Positions 1 to 12,280 of a DNA stretch of 64,000 nt are shown one piece after another. The notes under the pieces were generated by a model. The model was given only the letters and a program-made list of their open reading frames with translations. It did not search any database and had not been told where the DNA came from. The DNA comes from Leucoraja ocellata. Its lineage: Eukaryota. Both the position numbers and the translations under genes were made by a program. Every line of letters begins with the position of its first letter. Within the stretch, counting starts at the first letter, position 1. The stretch is taken from positions 4,464,001 to 4,528,000 of the forward strand of contig JAWMAR010000053.1 of NCBI GenBank assembly GCA_036785375.1. The letters are read 5' to 3'.

Positions 1-1128
1 TTTTTACTTGTTGTTAGATAGCCAATGTGGTTTATTACTGAGCTAATGCATTTTATATTCTGTGTCATAGAGAAGACAGATTTATATTTAATTGTAGCTC
101 TGTTCGTTACAAAGCTCAATATCATCACTTCTGTGTTTCAATACTTACTAAATGTTTTTCATATTGCAGCAGAAATCTTTTTTTAATTGCAATACCGAAG
201 AATTTTATGTTCTTTTTGTTTGCTAAGCATAAAACAAAACATAACTAATTCTTGTTATGAAATGTTGATGCATATAATTTTAAAGCATGAGATATATCAT
301 ATAAGTAATTATTAACATGTTCACAGTAGTACAATTTCATGTTCAAGTGTAATTATTTTTTATATACCTTGATGAATTATTTGTATATCGATAACTGGTG
401 GACACATGTCGACTACACATATATATCAAAATAGATAAGAGCGCAATATTTTTGATTTGTAAAACATGGGGATAGGTCTGCCCACCACCTTCTTACAATT
501 AATGTAATTACAATGTGTAGCTATTGTGTTGGTACAACCACAAAGACCCAATTGCCTTTCTGAATGGGAATTTATATGACTGCAAATGTAATTTTGCATA
601 TAACCCAACATGTCCCAGCCATTGCCAAGTCGTAACAAATATATGGATGTGTGACTGATTCCTTATTATCATTAATTGAATATTTCTCTATTGTTCCTGA
701 ATGGCTTTATCAATAATATCTATATTAATTAAATATTACAATTAGATCCACACCACGATAGAAAGATGGGGAAAGAAATACTTGAATTGTAATTATGTAG
801 AGAAAATGCATGAGTATTATGCCAAACGATGTACTGATGTGAATTTGTAAAATTGCAATCTGTTGGGGATTCAAGAGTGGTACAATGATTATTTTGAATA
901 TTAATTGCTAAAATCCAATAGGTAACGTTTGGTTCAGAGGTTAAAGTGCACAACATCAGGAGCATTTTGAACGTACCCTCTTCCATTTTTATTGGAGATA
1001 GGATAAAGGACAAGGAGGTGGCCCTAGAAATCATGGCTGCATTGGTGATCATTTTCCAATGTTCGCTCAACTTTGGATCAGTTCCTGTGGACTGGAGGGT
1101 ATATCGATAACTGGTGGACACATATGTC

Positions 1129-2447
1129 AATGTAACCCCACTGTTTAAGAAAGGAGGGATAGAGATTGGTCAAAGTGACAGGATCGGTCAAAGTCAGCAT
1201 GATTAATGAAGGGGAAACCATGCATCACTAATCTTGCGGAATTGTTTGAGAATGTAACAAGTATAATGGATAAGGGAGAGCCAGTGGATGTGGTGTATCT
1301 GGACTTTCAAAAAGCCTTTGACAGAGTCCCACACTAGAGATTAGTGTGCAAAATTAGAGCACATGATATCGGGGTAGGGTATTGACATGGATTGATTGGC
1401 AGTCAGGAAGCAAACAGTAGGAATTAATGGGTCCTTTTCAGAATGGCAGGCAGTGAATAGTGGGGTGCCATAGGGCTCGGTGCTGGGACCCCAGTTATTT
1501 ACAACGATTTAGACGAGGGAATTAAATGTGACATCTCCAAGTTTGCGGATAACACAACGCTGGGTGGCAGTATGAGCTGCGATGAGGATGTTTTGAGGCT
1601 GAAGGGTGACTTGGGTAGGTTGGGTGAGTGGGCAGATGCATGGCAGATGCAGTATAATGTGGATAAATGTGACGTTATCCACTTTGGTGGCAGAACAGGA
1701 AGGCATATTATTATCTAAATGGTGTCAGATTAGGAAAAGGGGAGGTGGAACGAGATCTGAATGTGCTTGTAAATCAGTCACTGAAAGTAAGCATGCAGGT
1801 ACAGCAGGCAGTGAAGAAAGTTATTGGCCTTCATTGCGGGAGGATTTGAGTTTAAAAGCACGGAGGTCCTACTATAGTTGAACAGGGCCCTGGTACGACC
1901 GCACCGGGAGTATTGTGTGCAATTTTGATCTCCTAATTTGAGGAAAGACATTATTGATATTGAGGGAATGCAGCGTGGGTTCACCGGGTTAATTCTTGGG
2001 ATGGCAAGCTGACATATGATGAAAGAATGGGTTGACTGGGCTTGTGTTCATTGGAATTTAGAAGGATGAGAGGGTATCTTATAGAAACATATACAATTCT
2101 TAAAGGATTGGACAAGCTAGATGCAGTAAAAATATTCCCGATGTTGGGTCAGGGGTCACAGTTTAAGAATAAGGGGTAGTCCATTTAGGACTGAAATGAG
2201 GAAAAACTTCTTAACCCAGAGAGTTGTGAACCTGTGGAATTCTCTGCCACAGAAAACAATGTGGGCCAATTCACTGGACGTTTTCAAGCGAGAGTTAGAT
2301 TTAGCTCTTAGGGCTAAAGGAATCAAGGGATATGGGGAAAAAGCAGGAATGGGGTACTGATTTTAGATGATCAGCCATGATCATATTGAATGGTGGTGCT
2401 GACTCGAAGGGCTGAATAGCCTACTCCTGCACCTATGTTTCTATGTT
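1129..2447 (+). mobile_element. CR1 LINE, 5'-truncated, degenerate ORF2 3' half
   Basis: RT motifs (VDVVYLDFQKAFD, SKFADNT), C-terminal LWNSLPQK, 3' UTR ending in ctatgtttctatgtt; stops and frameshifts. Confidence 0.9.
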
Positions 2448-3110
2448 CAGCACAAACATGGTGGGCCGAAGGGCCTATTCCCATGCTGTACTGTTCCATG
2501 TTCCATGGTCTTTCATACAGGGCATGCATCAGAATAAATTTGCGATTTGCATTTCTAATATATAATATATGCGATATATCTTCATAAGCACAGTAATAAC
2601 TTTTTAAACTTTATATTTTAGTAACCTAATTCTACATCGCATGAAAAAATCCTGTCATCATTGCAAAGATAAATTAGCAATGAGGGAAAATGAACAATCC
2701 ATTCTTCCAAATTGTCCTTGCTTGTGGTTCATCTAGTCAATTAAAATTATATTGAACTGGTCTGTACTTTCAAATCTGAATTTTTGTCAAAGGTGCAATG
2801 ATGTCAGGTGAATTCAAAAATATTAAAAAAGGAGGTAATGATACAAAATTGAACGTGAATGGACAAAATAGGAATGGTCAACCTGTGAATATGATTTAGA
2901 TGGACCATTGATTGAAAAGAAATGAGATGAAATATAAAGTCAAATGGCTTACCATTTCCACATAAAGAAAATCATAACATTATTCTAAATATGTTGCAAA
3001 TATATTATCAACCCTGATTGTTGAATTGATGATCAGTATTTAGATCAGAGATGAATTAAACCATGAATTATAAGATGGAGATCTATATGCAAGTATTCCT
3101 TTTTATAATT

Positions 3111-3711
3111 ATAGAAACATAGAAAATAGGTGCAGGAGTAGGCCATTCGGCCCTTCGAGCCTGCACCGCCATTCAATATGATCATGGCTGATCATCCAAC
3201 TCAGTATCCTGTTCCTGCCTTCTCTCCATACCCCCTGATCCCTTTAGCCACAAGGGCCACATCTAACTCCCTCTTAAATATAGCCAATGAACTGGCCTCA
3301 ACTACCTTCTGCGGCAGAGAATTCCAGAGATTCACCACTCTCTGTGTGAAAAAAGTTTTCCTAATCTCGGTCCTAAAAGATTTCCCCCTTATCCTTAAAC
3401 TATGACCCCTTGTTCTGGACTTCCCCAACATCGGGAACAATCTTCCTGCATCTAGCCTGTCCAACCCCTTAAGAATTTTGTAAGTTTCTATAAGATCCCC
3501 CCTCAATCTTCTAAATTCTAGCGAGTACAAACCGAGTCTATCCAGTCTTTCTTCATATGAAAGTCCTGACATACCAGGAATCAGTCTGGTGAACCTTCTC
3601 TGTACTCCCTCTATGGCAAGAATGTCTTTCCTCAGATTAGGAGACCAAAACTGTACGCAATACTCCAAGTGTGGTCTCACCAAGACCCTGTACAATTGCA
3701 GTAGAACCTCC
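3111..3711 (-). mobile_element. CR1 LINE 3' end, young (ORF2 C-terminus open)
   Basis: ORF 3201..3695 LVRPHLEYCVQFWSP...RRLRGDLIETYKI...LWNSLPQ; tail seen as atagaaacatagaaa on +. Confidence 0.93.
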
Positions 3712-4053
3712 GTGGTTCTATGGTGGTATACAGAGGTTCATGCAATGTAAATCTAAACTGAGGAACTGACCTGATCACATACTTAAGTATAAGAAAACTC
3801 TCTGGAATATAAAGTTGTGCTCTTCCTCTCAGGGTATAGGTCAGGCAAAATCGACAAATTTACATTGGCATAGAAACTATTTTGTACCACAATCAAAATG
3901 ATGGTACTAATGTTCTAAACTTTTTTGCATTCACGCTTGATAAATTTGATTTTTGTACAGAGCATACATTCATAATACTTACTTTTGAGAAATGATGTAC
4001 TGAATTACAGTAGAATTGGACCTATGAAATTTCTTTAATTTGTTCTGATTTAG

Positions 4054-4143
4054 AAAAAACGGCAATAAAGAAAGTGATTTCTCCACCACAACCTGACCAG
4101 ATCTTCTTCATTGAGAAACCAAAGAACTTTAAAGGAATAGAAA
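4054..4143 (+). CDS. ttn: Titin exon, linker and start of Ig I80 (KTAIKKVISPPQPDQIFFIEKPKNFKGIE)
   Basis: tttag acceptor, A|gtaagt donor, 90 nt, in frame with next exon. Confidence 0.85.
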
Positions 4144-4234
4144 GTAAGTTGAACATTTTTCCTGTTATTGTGTTTGTTAAAAAGAAATATTTTTGCAAGA
4201 TGCAAGATATTTAAATGTCATTTTTACATTTCAG

Positions 4235-4517
4235 GGGAAATAGCAACATTTATTGCCAAGGTTGGTGGTGATCCAATTCCAAATGTCAAATGGATGAAAG
4301 GCAAATGGAGGCAAATGAACCATGGTGGTCGATTTATTATCCAACAAAAGGGGCAAGAGGCCAAACTAGAAATCAAAGATGTAATAAAAACTGACTCTGG
4401 ACATTACAGATGTGTTGCATCCAATAAATTTGGTGAAATTGAAAGTGGTATGAATTTAGAAGTTGAAGAGAAAAAAGAAATTATAGTTGAAACAGACTTT
4501 AGAGCAAAGTTGAAGAA
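4235..4517 (+). CDS. ttn: Titin exon, Ig I80 (N2A)
   Basis: ttcag acceptor, AA|gtaagt donor; EIATFIAKVGGDPIPNVKWMKGKWRQ...DSGHYRCVASN. Confidence 0.96.
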
Positions 4518-4783
4518 GTAAGTATTTTGATTTAGGTATCACTAACAAAGTTTTGATTTTTCATTACTTGATTCTTACTTGATTATTTGCATAATGTAAC
4601 TGAATCTCTCTTCAATTTAATATTTTTCTTCATGATGACCTATTTAATGGAGTGGATACATTTAAGTGACAAATTGATGATAATAGACTGAATTTAGTAT
4701 TGATACATTGATTTATGTACCTTTGGGCATGCAATTATTAAAATAGAACAATAATGAATTAATTTTGCCATTTACCTCAAAAG

Positions 4784-4967
4784 AACACCATCCAAGAAAA
4801 GGGAAGAAGAAGCAGATAAGGATATTGATATTGTAGAACTTTTAAGGAATGTTGATCCGAAGGAATATGAAAAGTATGCTCGTATGTATGGGATTACTGA
4901 TTTCCGTGGTCTCCTCCAAGCCATTGAACTGTTGAAAGCCAGCAGAGGAGATGAAACTCACAGATTG
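4784..4967 (+). CDS. ttn: Titin exon, UN2A unique insertion part 1 (MARP/CARP-binding region in mammals)
   Basis: TPSKKREEEADKDIDIVELLRNVDPKEYEKYARMYGITDFRGLLQAIELLK; aag acceptor, gtgcgt donor; not in the ORF track. Confidence 0.96.
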
Positions 4968-5076
4968 GTGCGTAGGATTATGTTTATCAGTGCCATATGA
5001 CATTATACAGTTAGGGAGAATAGGTGTCTTGCATTAATGCTTTTTCGTAACTATCTTTAATTGGTGCTTTATTAAG

Positions 5077-5163
5077 GAGGTGGAAGAGCTGGACCGAGGT
5101 CCTGAAGAAGAGGAGTTTAATGAATTAATTCAATATATCCAGCATAGAATAGAAAAAGTCGAG
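5077..5163 (+). CDS. ttn: Titin exon, UN2A part 2
   Basis: EVEELDRGPEEEEFNELIQYIQHRIEKVE; taag acceptor, gtaaga donor. Confidence 0.93.
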
Positions 5164-5251
5164 GTAAGATTTCCATCATTATAAATCCTAAAATCATATT
5201 CCATTGGGGTGTTCCCTTTTTGAAATAAATATTTATTTATTCTCTCTACAG

Positions 5252-5519
5252 CCTATTGAATTAATCAAGGATATTAAAGATCTGGTTGTACGTACAAATG
5301 CAGATGCAGAATTTGAATGTGCCATAAAAATAAATTATCCTGAAATTAAACTTTCCTGGTATAAAGGGACTGAAAAATTGGAATCGAATAGCAAGTATGA
5401 AATTAGCATTGATGGTGACATTCATCGTCTAAAGATTAAAGACTGTGCTCTGCAAGATCAAGGCAACTTCCGCATTGTCTGTGGCCCACATATCTCAAGT
5501 GCCAAACTAACTGTTGTTG
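5252..5519 (+). CDS. ttn: Titin exon, Ig I81
   Basis: PIELIKDI...KINYPEIKLSWYKGTEKLE...CGPHISSAKLTV; ctacag acceptor, gtaagt donor. Confidence 0.97.
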
Positions 5520-5550
5520 GTAAGTTGTTATTATATTTTATAATATTATA

Positions 5551-6380
5551 CGGGAACTTGACCAGTTCCTTTTGTGCCTGGAGTGAAGAGAACTGTCTCA
5601 CCCTGAACACAACTAAGACTAAAGAGATGGTGGTTAACTTTGGCAGGTCCAAGCTCCCCCTTCAGCCGGTCAACGCTGCTGGGGCTGACATTGAGGTGGT
5701 GCAGACATATAAATACCTTGGAGTGCACATTGATAACAAACTGGACTGGTCTGTCAACTCTGACTCCCTCTACAAAAAAGGCCAGAGCAGACTCTTTTTC
5801 CTCAGAAGGCTCAAATCCTTCAATATGTGTAATGACATGCTGCACATGTTTTACAACACTGCGGTTGCAAGTGTTATTTTCTACGCTGTTGTCTGCTGGG
5901 GCAACAGTATTAGTGCAAAAAACAACAAGAAGCTGGTCAAACTGGTTAAACGAGCTAGCTCAGTGCTGGAGGGGAGAGTAGACTCTGGGATGGATGTGCT
6001 TGAGAGGCGTATGAGGCACAAGATGCAGGTCATCCTGAAAAACCCCGGGCATCCCCTCCTTGTAATTCTGGAGAGTCAAAAGAGCACTCGGAACAACAAC
6101 CGGCTCCTCTCCCTGCCCTGTAGAATGGAGCGGTCCAGGAGATCCTTCACCCCTGCAGCCATTAGATTTTATAATTTGGACCGCTAGGCTGTAGGGGGAT
6201 GCATTCTTGCAATTTTTAATTTTTAATTGTTAATTATTGGTCTTTTTAAGTATTTATTGCTCTCAGGTAGTGTCCACAGTGTATTCTATGTATTTTCTGT
6301 CTGCGTTCGTTTTGAATCTGTGGGTTTGTTGGTTGGGGGCTTCTGGACATCTGAATTTCCCTGAGGGGATCAATAAATTA

Positions 6381-6431
<51 letters not shown>

Positions 6432-6432
6432 T
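5551..6432 (+). mobile_element. 5'-truncated LINE (Rex1/Babar-like, CR1-L2 group), RT C-terminus, 3' UTR and (TTA)n tail
   Basis: LTLNTTKTKEMVVNF, YKYLGVHI, RLFFLRRLKSF, SFTPAAIRFYN*; AATAAA at 6372 followed by (tta)n. Confidence 0.88.
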
Positions 6433-6507
6433 ATATTTTAATTTCTAAATGTTGTTTGGAAACTTTTGAACTCATCTAATTTACTTAAATCGGTTTGTGT
6501 TCTCCAG

Positions 6508-6768
6508 AACCTATTGTTGAACAGCATCTTGAAAATCTTTCCGGAAAGGAAGGCCATATTTGTATCATGGTTTGCCAGTTTTCCTTACCAAATCTAAAAA
6601 CTGAGTGGTTTAAAAATGGGAGGAGAATTGAGGGGCAGGCCAGATATTCCATAGATGTTGTGGATAAGTTGCAGAAAGTCACTATTAGTGACTTGAAACC
6701 AGAGGACCAAGGCCGATTTACTTGCAGGTTTGAAGATCAAGAGACAACTGCTGATTTGAATGTTCAAG
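6508..6768 (+). CDS. ttn: Titin exon, Ig I82
   Basis: EPIVEQHLENL...CQFSLPNLKTEWFKNG...EDQGRFTC; ccag acceptor, gt donor. Confidence 0.96.
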
Positions 6769-6859
6769 GTTTGTAGCTCTATAAAATGGGGTTATTCTAA
6801 TCGTATTTTGAGAGTGGATTTTTTATATGAATTTTTGTTTTTGTTTTTATGTGTTATAG

Positions 6860-7069
6860 CTCACCCAATTGAATTCACAAAGACAATTCAGGATATTGTA
6901 GTGAAAGAACATGAGTCAGCTGTGTTTGAGTGTGAAGTGTCTTTTGATGATGCCATTGTAACCTGGTTTAAAGATACGGTGGTGCTGAAAGAAAGTGCAA
7001 AATACAGCTTCAGAAGAGTAGGGCGCCGGCATTTTATGACTATCCATAGTGTCACAACAGAAGACGAAG
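6860..7069 (+). CDS. ttn: Titin exon, Ig I83 N-part
   Basis: HPIEFTKTIQDIVVKEHESAVFECEVSFDDAIVTW. Confidence 0.96.
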
Positions 7070-7559
7070 GTTTGTTCATTGTAATAATTTAATCTTATTT
7101 CCATTACTGTGGTTATTTATTTTGTTTTTTACCTCCTGAAGCTAACTTACAGCGAGCCAAAATGAATCAGAGAAATTATGTTAAATTTAATTTGAACCTC
7201 GATCAGCACTGAGAAGTACAAAAATGATTTACAAAATGAAGGCAGAACTTGTTATCGGAATAAGAAAGAATGACTAAGTGTAACGAGTGACCCGATAGAG
7301 GTATTCAGAAGTAAGTAAGAAGAATATAAATAATGGATAAGATGTCGTATGTGAGGAATTCCAAAATAGAAGCCATTAGAATAATCAAATAAGGAGATTG
7401 GGAGAAGTTCTTTACGTATAAGTCTTGAAATTTGTTACCACCTCCCTTGACATCATTAAGGCCTTTTGTTTCAGTGCTATATGTATTATGCAATTCTATG
7501 AAATACTATTTTCCATTGAAATATAGATAAATATCATAGTACAAAATTAATTTCTTTAG

Positions 7560-7637
7560 GTGTTTATTCTGTAATTGCTCAACTTGAACCAAGGGGTGAA
7601 GCTAAAAGTACTGCAGAACTCTACGTATCAAGTCAAG
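7560..7637 (+). CDS. ttn: Titin exon, Ig I83 C-part
   Basis: GVYSVIAQLEPRGEAKSTAELYVSSQ; tttag acceptor, gtagg donor. Confidence 0.95.
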
Positions 7638-7726
7638 GTAGGAACATTTGACAATTTAAAAAAAAAAATCAGTGATACAGTAATGTTTCTTTAACTAATA
7701 TATCATTTAAAATCTGATTATTACAG

Positions 7727-7753
7727 AAATCAATTTACAGCAAAGGAAACCTG
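7727..7753 (+). CDS. ttn: Titin 27-nt microexon (EINLQQRKP)
   Basis: ttacag acceptor, gtatgt donor, phase 1-1; same position as mammalian EIKLELKPP. Confidence 0.8.
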
Positions 7754-7967
7754 GTATGTATTCATAAAAATTTCATATTCCTATTATCAAATTTTCAGTA
7801 AGGTAGGGATAAATCATGAACAGTATTAGTTCTATTTGTCATCTATTTTTCTTTACTTTTTCTCAAAATAATGGACATTTAATATTTTGCTAAAAATCAT
7901 TCAAAAATATAGAGAAAATAAATCCACATGATCAACAAGTAAAAAATCTTGCTTTTGTATTCTTTAG

Positions 7968-8012
7968 ATGTTCCTGATATTGGAATTCCATTAGAAAGAA
8001 AACCATCTCCAG
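7968..8012 (+). CDS. ttn: Titin exon, N2A-PEVK junction (DVPDIGIPLERKPSP)
   Basis: ctttag acceptor, gtaaaa donor, 45 nt, phase 1-1. Confidence 0.82.
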
Positions 8013-8279
8013 GTAAAACTTAGGAATCTTACTTAGGAATCTAACATCAAATACATTTGGCCTCAACTGAAACATTTATTGCATTGTAATTTGGATAGAA
8101 AGCAGCTATTGATAGGACACTACTGTACCAATTAGATGAAGAAATGTGCCCAATGTACTTTGGCATTTTAGGTACTGGTAGTATGGGCAAGACTAGTGGA
8201 AGGGAATTGGGATTATAAAGAAAGTATAAATAAATTCTGCCATTTTCCTTATTTCCAGTTAACTACCAAAGAAGGCCAA

Positions 8280-8441
8280 GTAATTGAGTATTTTAAAAGT
8301 GGAGACTGATAGGTTTTTGATTAATAACAGCGCTAAAGGTTACAGGGAGAAGGTGGGAGAATGGGGTTGAGAGAGAAAACTATATCAGCCATGATCGAAT
8401 GGCGGAACAGGCTAAATGGCCTAATTCTGCTCCCATGTCTT
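8280..8441 (+). mobile_element. Old CR1 3'-end fragment; similar fragments at ~10110-10300 (+), ~17418-17575 (+), ~63370-63617 (-)
   Basis: Shared ggttatggggagaaggcagg...cagccatgattgaatggcggag...ggcctaattctgctcc 3' UTR motif. Confidence 0.75.
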
Positions 8442-9312
8442 AACAACTAATTATCTATCTGCATTTCTTTAGTGTCTTTGGTCTTTGGCCTTCTTGCACC
8501 CCTTACACACTTCAATCTCAGTTGACAAGTAATGGTTGCAGAACTTTCTTAAAACAAGGCAAGAGATGTATTTAGATGATGACATTGTAGGATTCTCGGT
8601 GTAGAAACTGCAGTTAATGATTGCATTTTCTCAAAACATGTACTGTATTGCACAAGTTTGAAAGATGACACCAAAAATTGGTTGGCATCAGGGGTGAATG
8701 GTTGCTGCCGCCTTGAGAGGGAATATATAAGTTCATGCTTCGTACACCTACTGCTACTCTGTCCAACCAGCACCCCAGCAATCGTAGTAATCTGTCAGAG
8801 ATATGATTGTTAACTTTACATGCATAGCAATGGCTGGCCTTGTTCTTCCACTCGAAGTCTCTGAGTCATTACTGCTGTTACTACTTTAGAAGAAGCAGCA
8901 TTGCCCTTTTAAATGTTGAATTGTGATTGGACCTGAAAGCTGCTCATGGGATGGTCCACTACTTCAATTCTGGAAAGTATGGAGTCTAATTCAGCATAAA
9001 GATTTGGTACATTGGTGCATGCACATCAACATTTGCAATGATTTTCCGTCATCGTTCTCTTTGGGTTAAATATTTCATTAGATATGCCCTTCAACCATTA
9101 AAGAGTGATGGGCGTGAATACATATTTTAACATCAAAGTCTATTGGTGCATTTGTAACTATCTGGGAATGGCGACCTCTTTCTGCTTACCAACTCCTCCA
9201 CTAGGGCCGCAAATATAGTGCAAATGTTTGTTCCTTGCTCTCTTCCTGGCCATTCTTCACATTTGCTACATCAGCTTTACTCACAGGCTCAACACGCATA
9301 TTGATCCTCTTG

Positions 9313-9407
9313 GGTAGACACAGAATGCTGGAGTAACTCAACGGGATAGGCAGCATCTCTGGAGAGAAGGAATGGGTGACGTTTTGGGTCGAGACCCTTC
9401 TTCAGAC
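9313..9407 (-). mobile_element. Short Penelope-like terminal-repeat element with degenerate minimal hammerhead motif, 12-bp TSD
   Basis: TTGATCCTCTTG at 9301-9312 and 9408-9419; reverse strand reads CTGAAGA-A-GGGTC-TC-GACCC-AAAA-CGTC. Confidence 0.7.
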
Positions 9408-11153
9408 TTGATCCTCTTGTATGATTTTGGTGTCATCAAATTGAGGACCCATTGTAATTTATTTGTAAATTTATTTTGCAAAAAGTGTATCTAAGAACTA
9501 CAATTTGGATTTAGGATGCTTCTTTAGCTGTAGTTTTGAAGTTACTATTTTTCCTGTACCTCCCAATGTATTCTTTTTAGTTAGCTGTGTATATACATCC
9601 ACTTGAATTATGTTGGTGTCATTAAATATTGACATAGTTTTACTTTTTTTTTTACAGAAGAATGGACAGAAGAAATAGGTAACATATTTGATTATTTGGT
9701 TCAGCATCAGAAAGTATTATTTATATATCTAAGTTGGACACAAAATGCTGGAGTAGCTCAGCCACAACCCATGCATTCCGTTCCCAACCTTGCCTTCAAC
9801 AGCCAGCATGTCTATCCACTCATGCACTCTTGGAACACTTGTTTATCCAGTTGGCCCCAATAGCATCCAGGCCCAATTCAAAATATTTGAGTCAATTGAT
9901 GATAAACAGAAATTAAACTTGCCAAAAATTGGGCCCCATGCCCAAACTCAATAAAATCAATAATATGCATCCTCCAAATTAGTGACCCAAAACAGCTCCT
10001 AAATTAGAGCCCCGGGAAATGTTATATGGGCTTACATGAGTCAGATATGCATGGTGAGGCTAATTGACTATGGGTGAACACAGACATATGATGACCTGAA
10101 GCATTGCCATAGAAGGTTGTGGAGGCCAAGTAAATGGATATTTTTAAGGCAGAGATAGATAGATTCATGATTGGTATGGATGTCAGGAGTTATGGGGAAA
10201 AGGCAGGTGAATGGGGATGAGAGGGAAAGATAGATCAGCCATGATTGAATGGCGGAGTAGACTTAATGGGCTGAATGGCCTAATTCTGCTCTTATCACAT
10301 TAACGTTTTGCACCCCTAAGCCAATCTTTATCAACTTTTACTCATTGCTTTATGTCATGAAGAGGTCACTAAAGCCATAAAAATTGAAGTGAGCGTTGGA
10401 ATGCTTAAAAATGCATTAGTTGCATTAATATGACTCCCAGCTGAAAGGGTTGTCTTGCACAGATAAATTTCTGTCCTTGCCTCATATGTTATGCCTCAGA
10501 GTCCAATCTGGCAGACACAAAGGCTATCTCTGCGTTATTCATCTTTCAAATATTTCAATTCTTATCGTTAGAAACCTGCTCTGATAATGTGGATATGCAA
10601 ATAGAGATCCTACGCTTGTTTATTAAAGACATGATTTTACCATTTCAGTAGTTTAATATATCATTCTGCCAGTAAAACCTGAGGTATAATTTCTGCTATT
10701 TGATAGCTGATTTTCTTAGTAGGTGTAATATTTTTAACGTATGATTTTATTCTAAGAACACTTTCCTTTCAACAAGAATGCAAGTCAGTGAGAAAACTGA
10801 CCTTGCAGAGTCACTGAGTGTGACTATAGTAAGGCTGAATTATTTGAAATAAGACGTGCCCGTGTAAGCTTTAGTTGGTGATAATTTATTTATCTCTATT
10901 AATATTAATTTAGTTATTCTCTTTACTTCCCCGAAGACAGTTCCTCATCTGAGATGACCATTTGCTATCACACATATGTCTTAGAACAAATTAACATAAA
11001 TAGAAGAGGGTCAAAATAGTATTTTGCTCAAATTAAATTGATAAATTTAAAGATGTGTTATTTCCGTAAACTTATACTGCCTCGTCTCAAGTGTTGTCAT
11101 GCATGAAACATATTCTTACTGATATAAACTAACAGAATATATCTCTTTTAAAG

Positions 11154-11228
11154 TCACTGAAATATCCAAGAGTTATGAAGAAGTTTCTTACACAATTCTG
11201 GAGGGAGATGAAGTTGATTATCAGAAAG
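11154..11228 (+). CDS. ttn: Titin PEVK-region exon, E/Y-rich (VTEISKSYEEVSYTILEGDEVDYQK)
   Basis: ttttaaag acceptor, AAAG|gtaga donor, 75 nt. Confidence 0.8.
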
Positions 11229-11979
11229 GTAGAGACACAATTATGTTACCTTGATTAATAGTGCATATTGTCTAGAATTTGAAGAATGAATATTAGGATG
11301 GGATGTCAAAGAGCTGCTGTCACTGATGGATTATAGGCAAAATTATTCAAGTTTCAGGTATTCATTGCCCAATTCAGTGATTTTATTTGATCAGATATAT
11401 TGTAACAAATAAGCATCTTATTTCTTTAATATGTTTGCAAATGTCTTTTGTCTGAATTATTAGTAACATAAATCTTTTTAAATTTTAATTTGCTGAGGCT
11501 GAACATATCACCTACGAAGAGGAAGCTTATGCAAAAGATAGTTCCAAGTGACTAGAACGTTTTATATATTTTAATATGTTTATTTAATCATTTTATTCTT
11601 TAAGATTCTTTTTTCTTCAAATAATGCCTATCTTGAAATTATTCTTTATCTTATGCAAAAGAATACCTAACAGAATGCCAAAAATTGCACTTTAGGGTTT
11701 CATAAAGCAAAAGTTTAACCTGTCCAATTTGGTTCCACTGTTCCCATCTATTTTTTAATCTCAAGTAGCCTTCCATGTGGTGCAATATTGTGAACCAGAA
11801 ATTTATTTATGCAACATCAACAGACCATCGCTATCCAGTCTTTCAGAAACTTTCTCAACGAACTCAATGAATTTAATGAAGTAGAAATCCTGTTTGTTGA
11901 AGCCATGTTAGGAATCTCAACAATTTATGCATTTCTGCACAAGAATTCTCTCATATCTATTAATACATAAAACTCTCGT

Positions 11980-12280
11980 GCCATCCGACCGGCTGCCATC
12001 CGGCTGCCTTTCTGCCTTTTGATTCGTTGACGTCTGCTCCTTCCTATCAGCTTCCAACACACTTCGAAACAAAGTTGCAAGACAGGAACACTCTGAACCT
12101 TTCACTGCTGCAGCAGGCAGGGGAGGTGCAATTGGATTTTTTTTTAATCCACTGCTGAGGGAGGCAGGGGAGTGCTGGAATCTTACATTTGGGAACGGCT
12201 TCAGTTCCATTGGAGGAGACGGGTGCATGGTGGAATATTGGGTTGGGGGATCACACCCAACGGGTCTGCACTTGGTCTAG
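11980..12280 (+). mobile_element. Possible non-autonomous Helitron-like element 3' end (5' boundary uncertain)
   Basis: GC-richer island ending in short hairpin accc-aac-gggt, 11-nt spacer, then CTAG|T. Confidence 0.35.

Noticed and set aside
5204-6187. 327-aa ORF as a standalone gene
   Set aside because: It is a chimera of intron, the I81 exon and a LINE fragment; there is no real start codon
10770-11010. Extra PEVK exons after AAG acceptors (~10777, ~10937)
   Set aside because: In-frame stop or no phase-1 GT donor, and no PEVK-like composition
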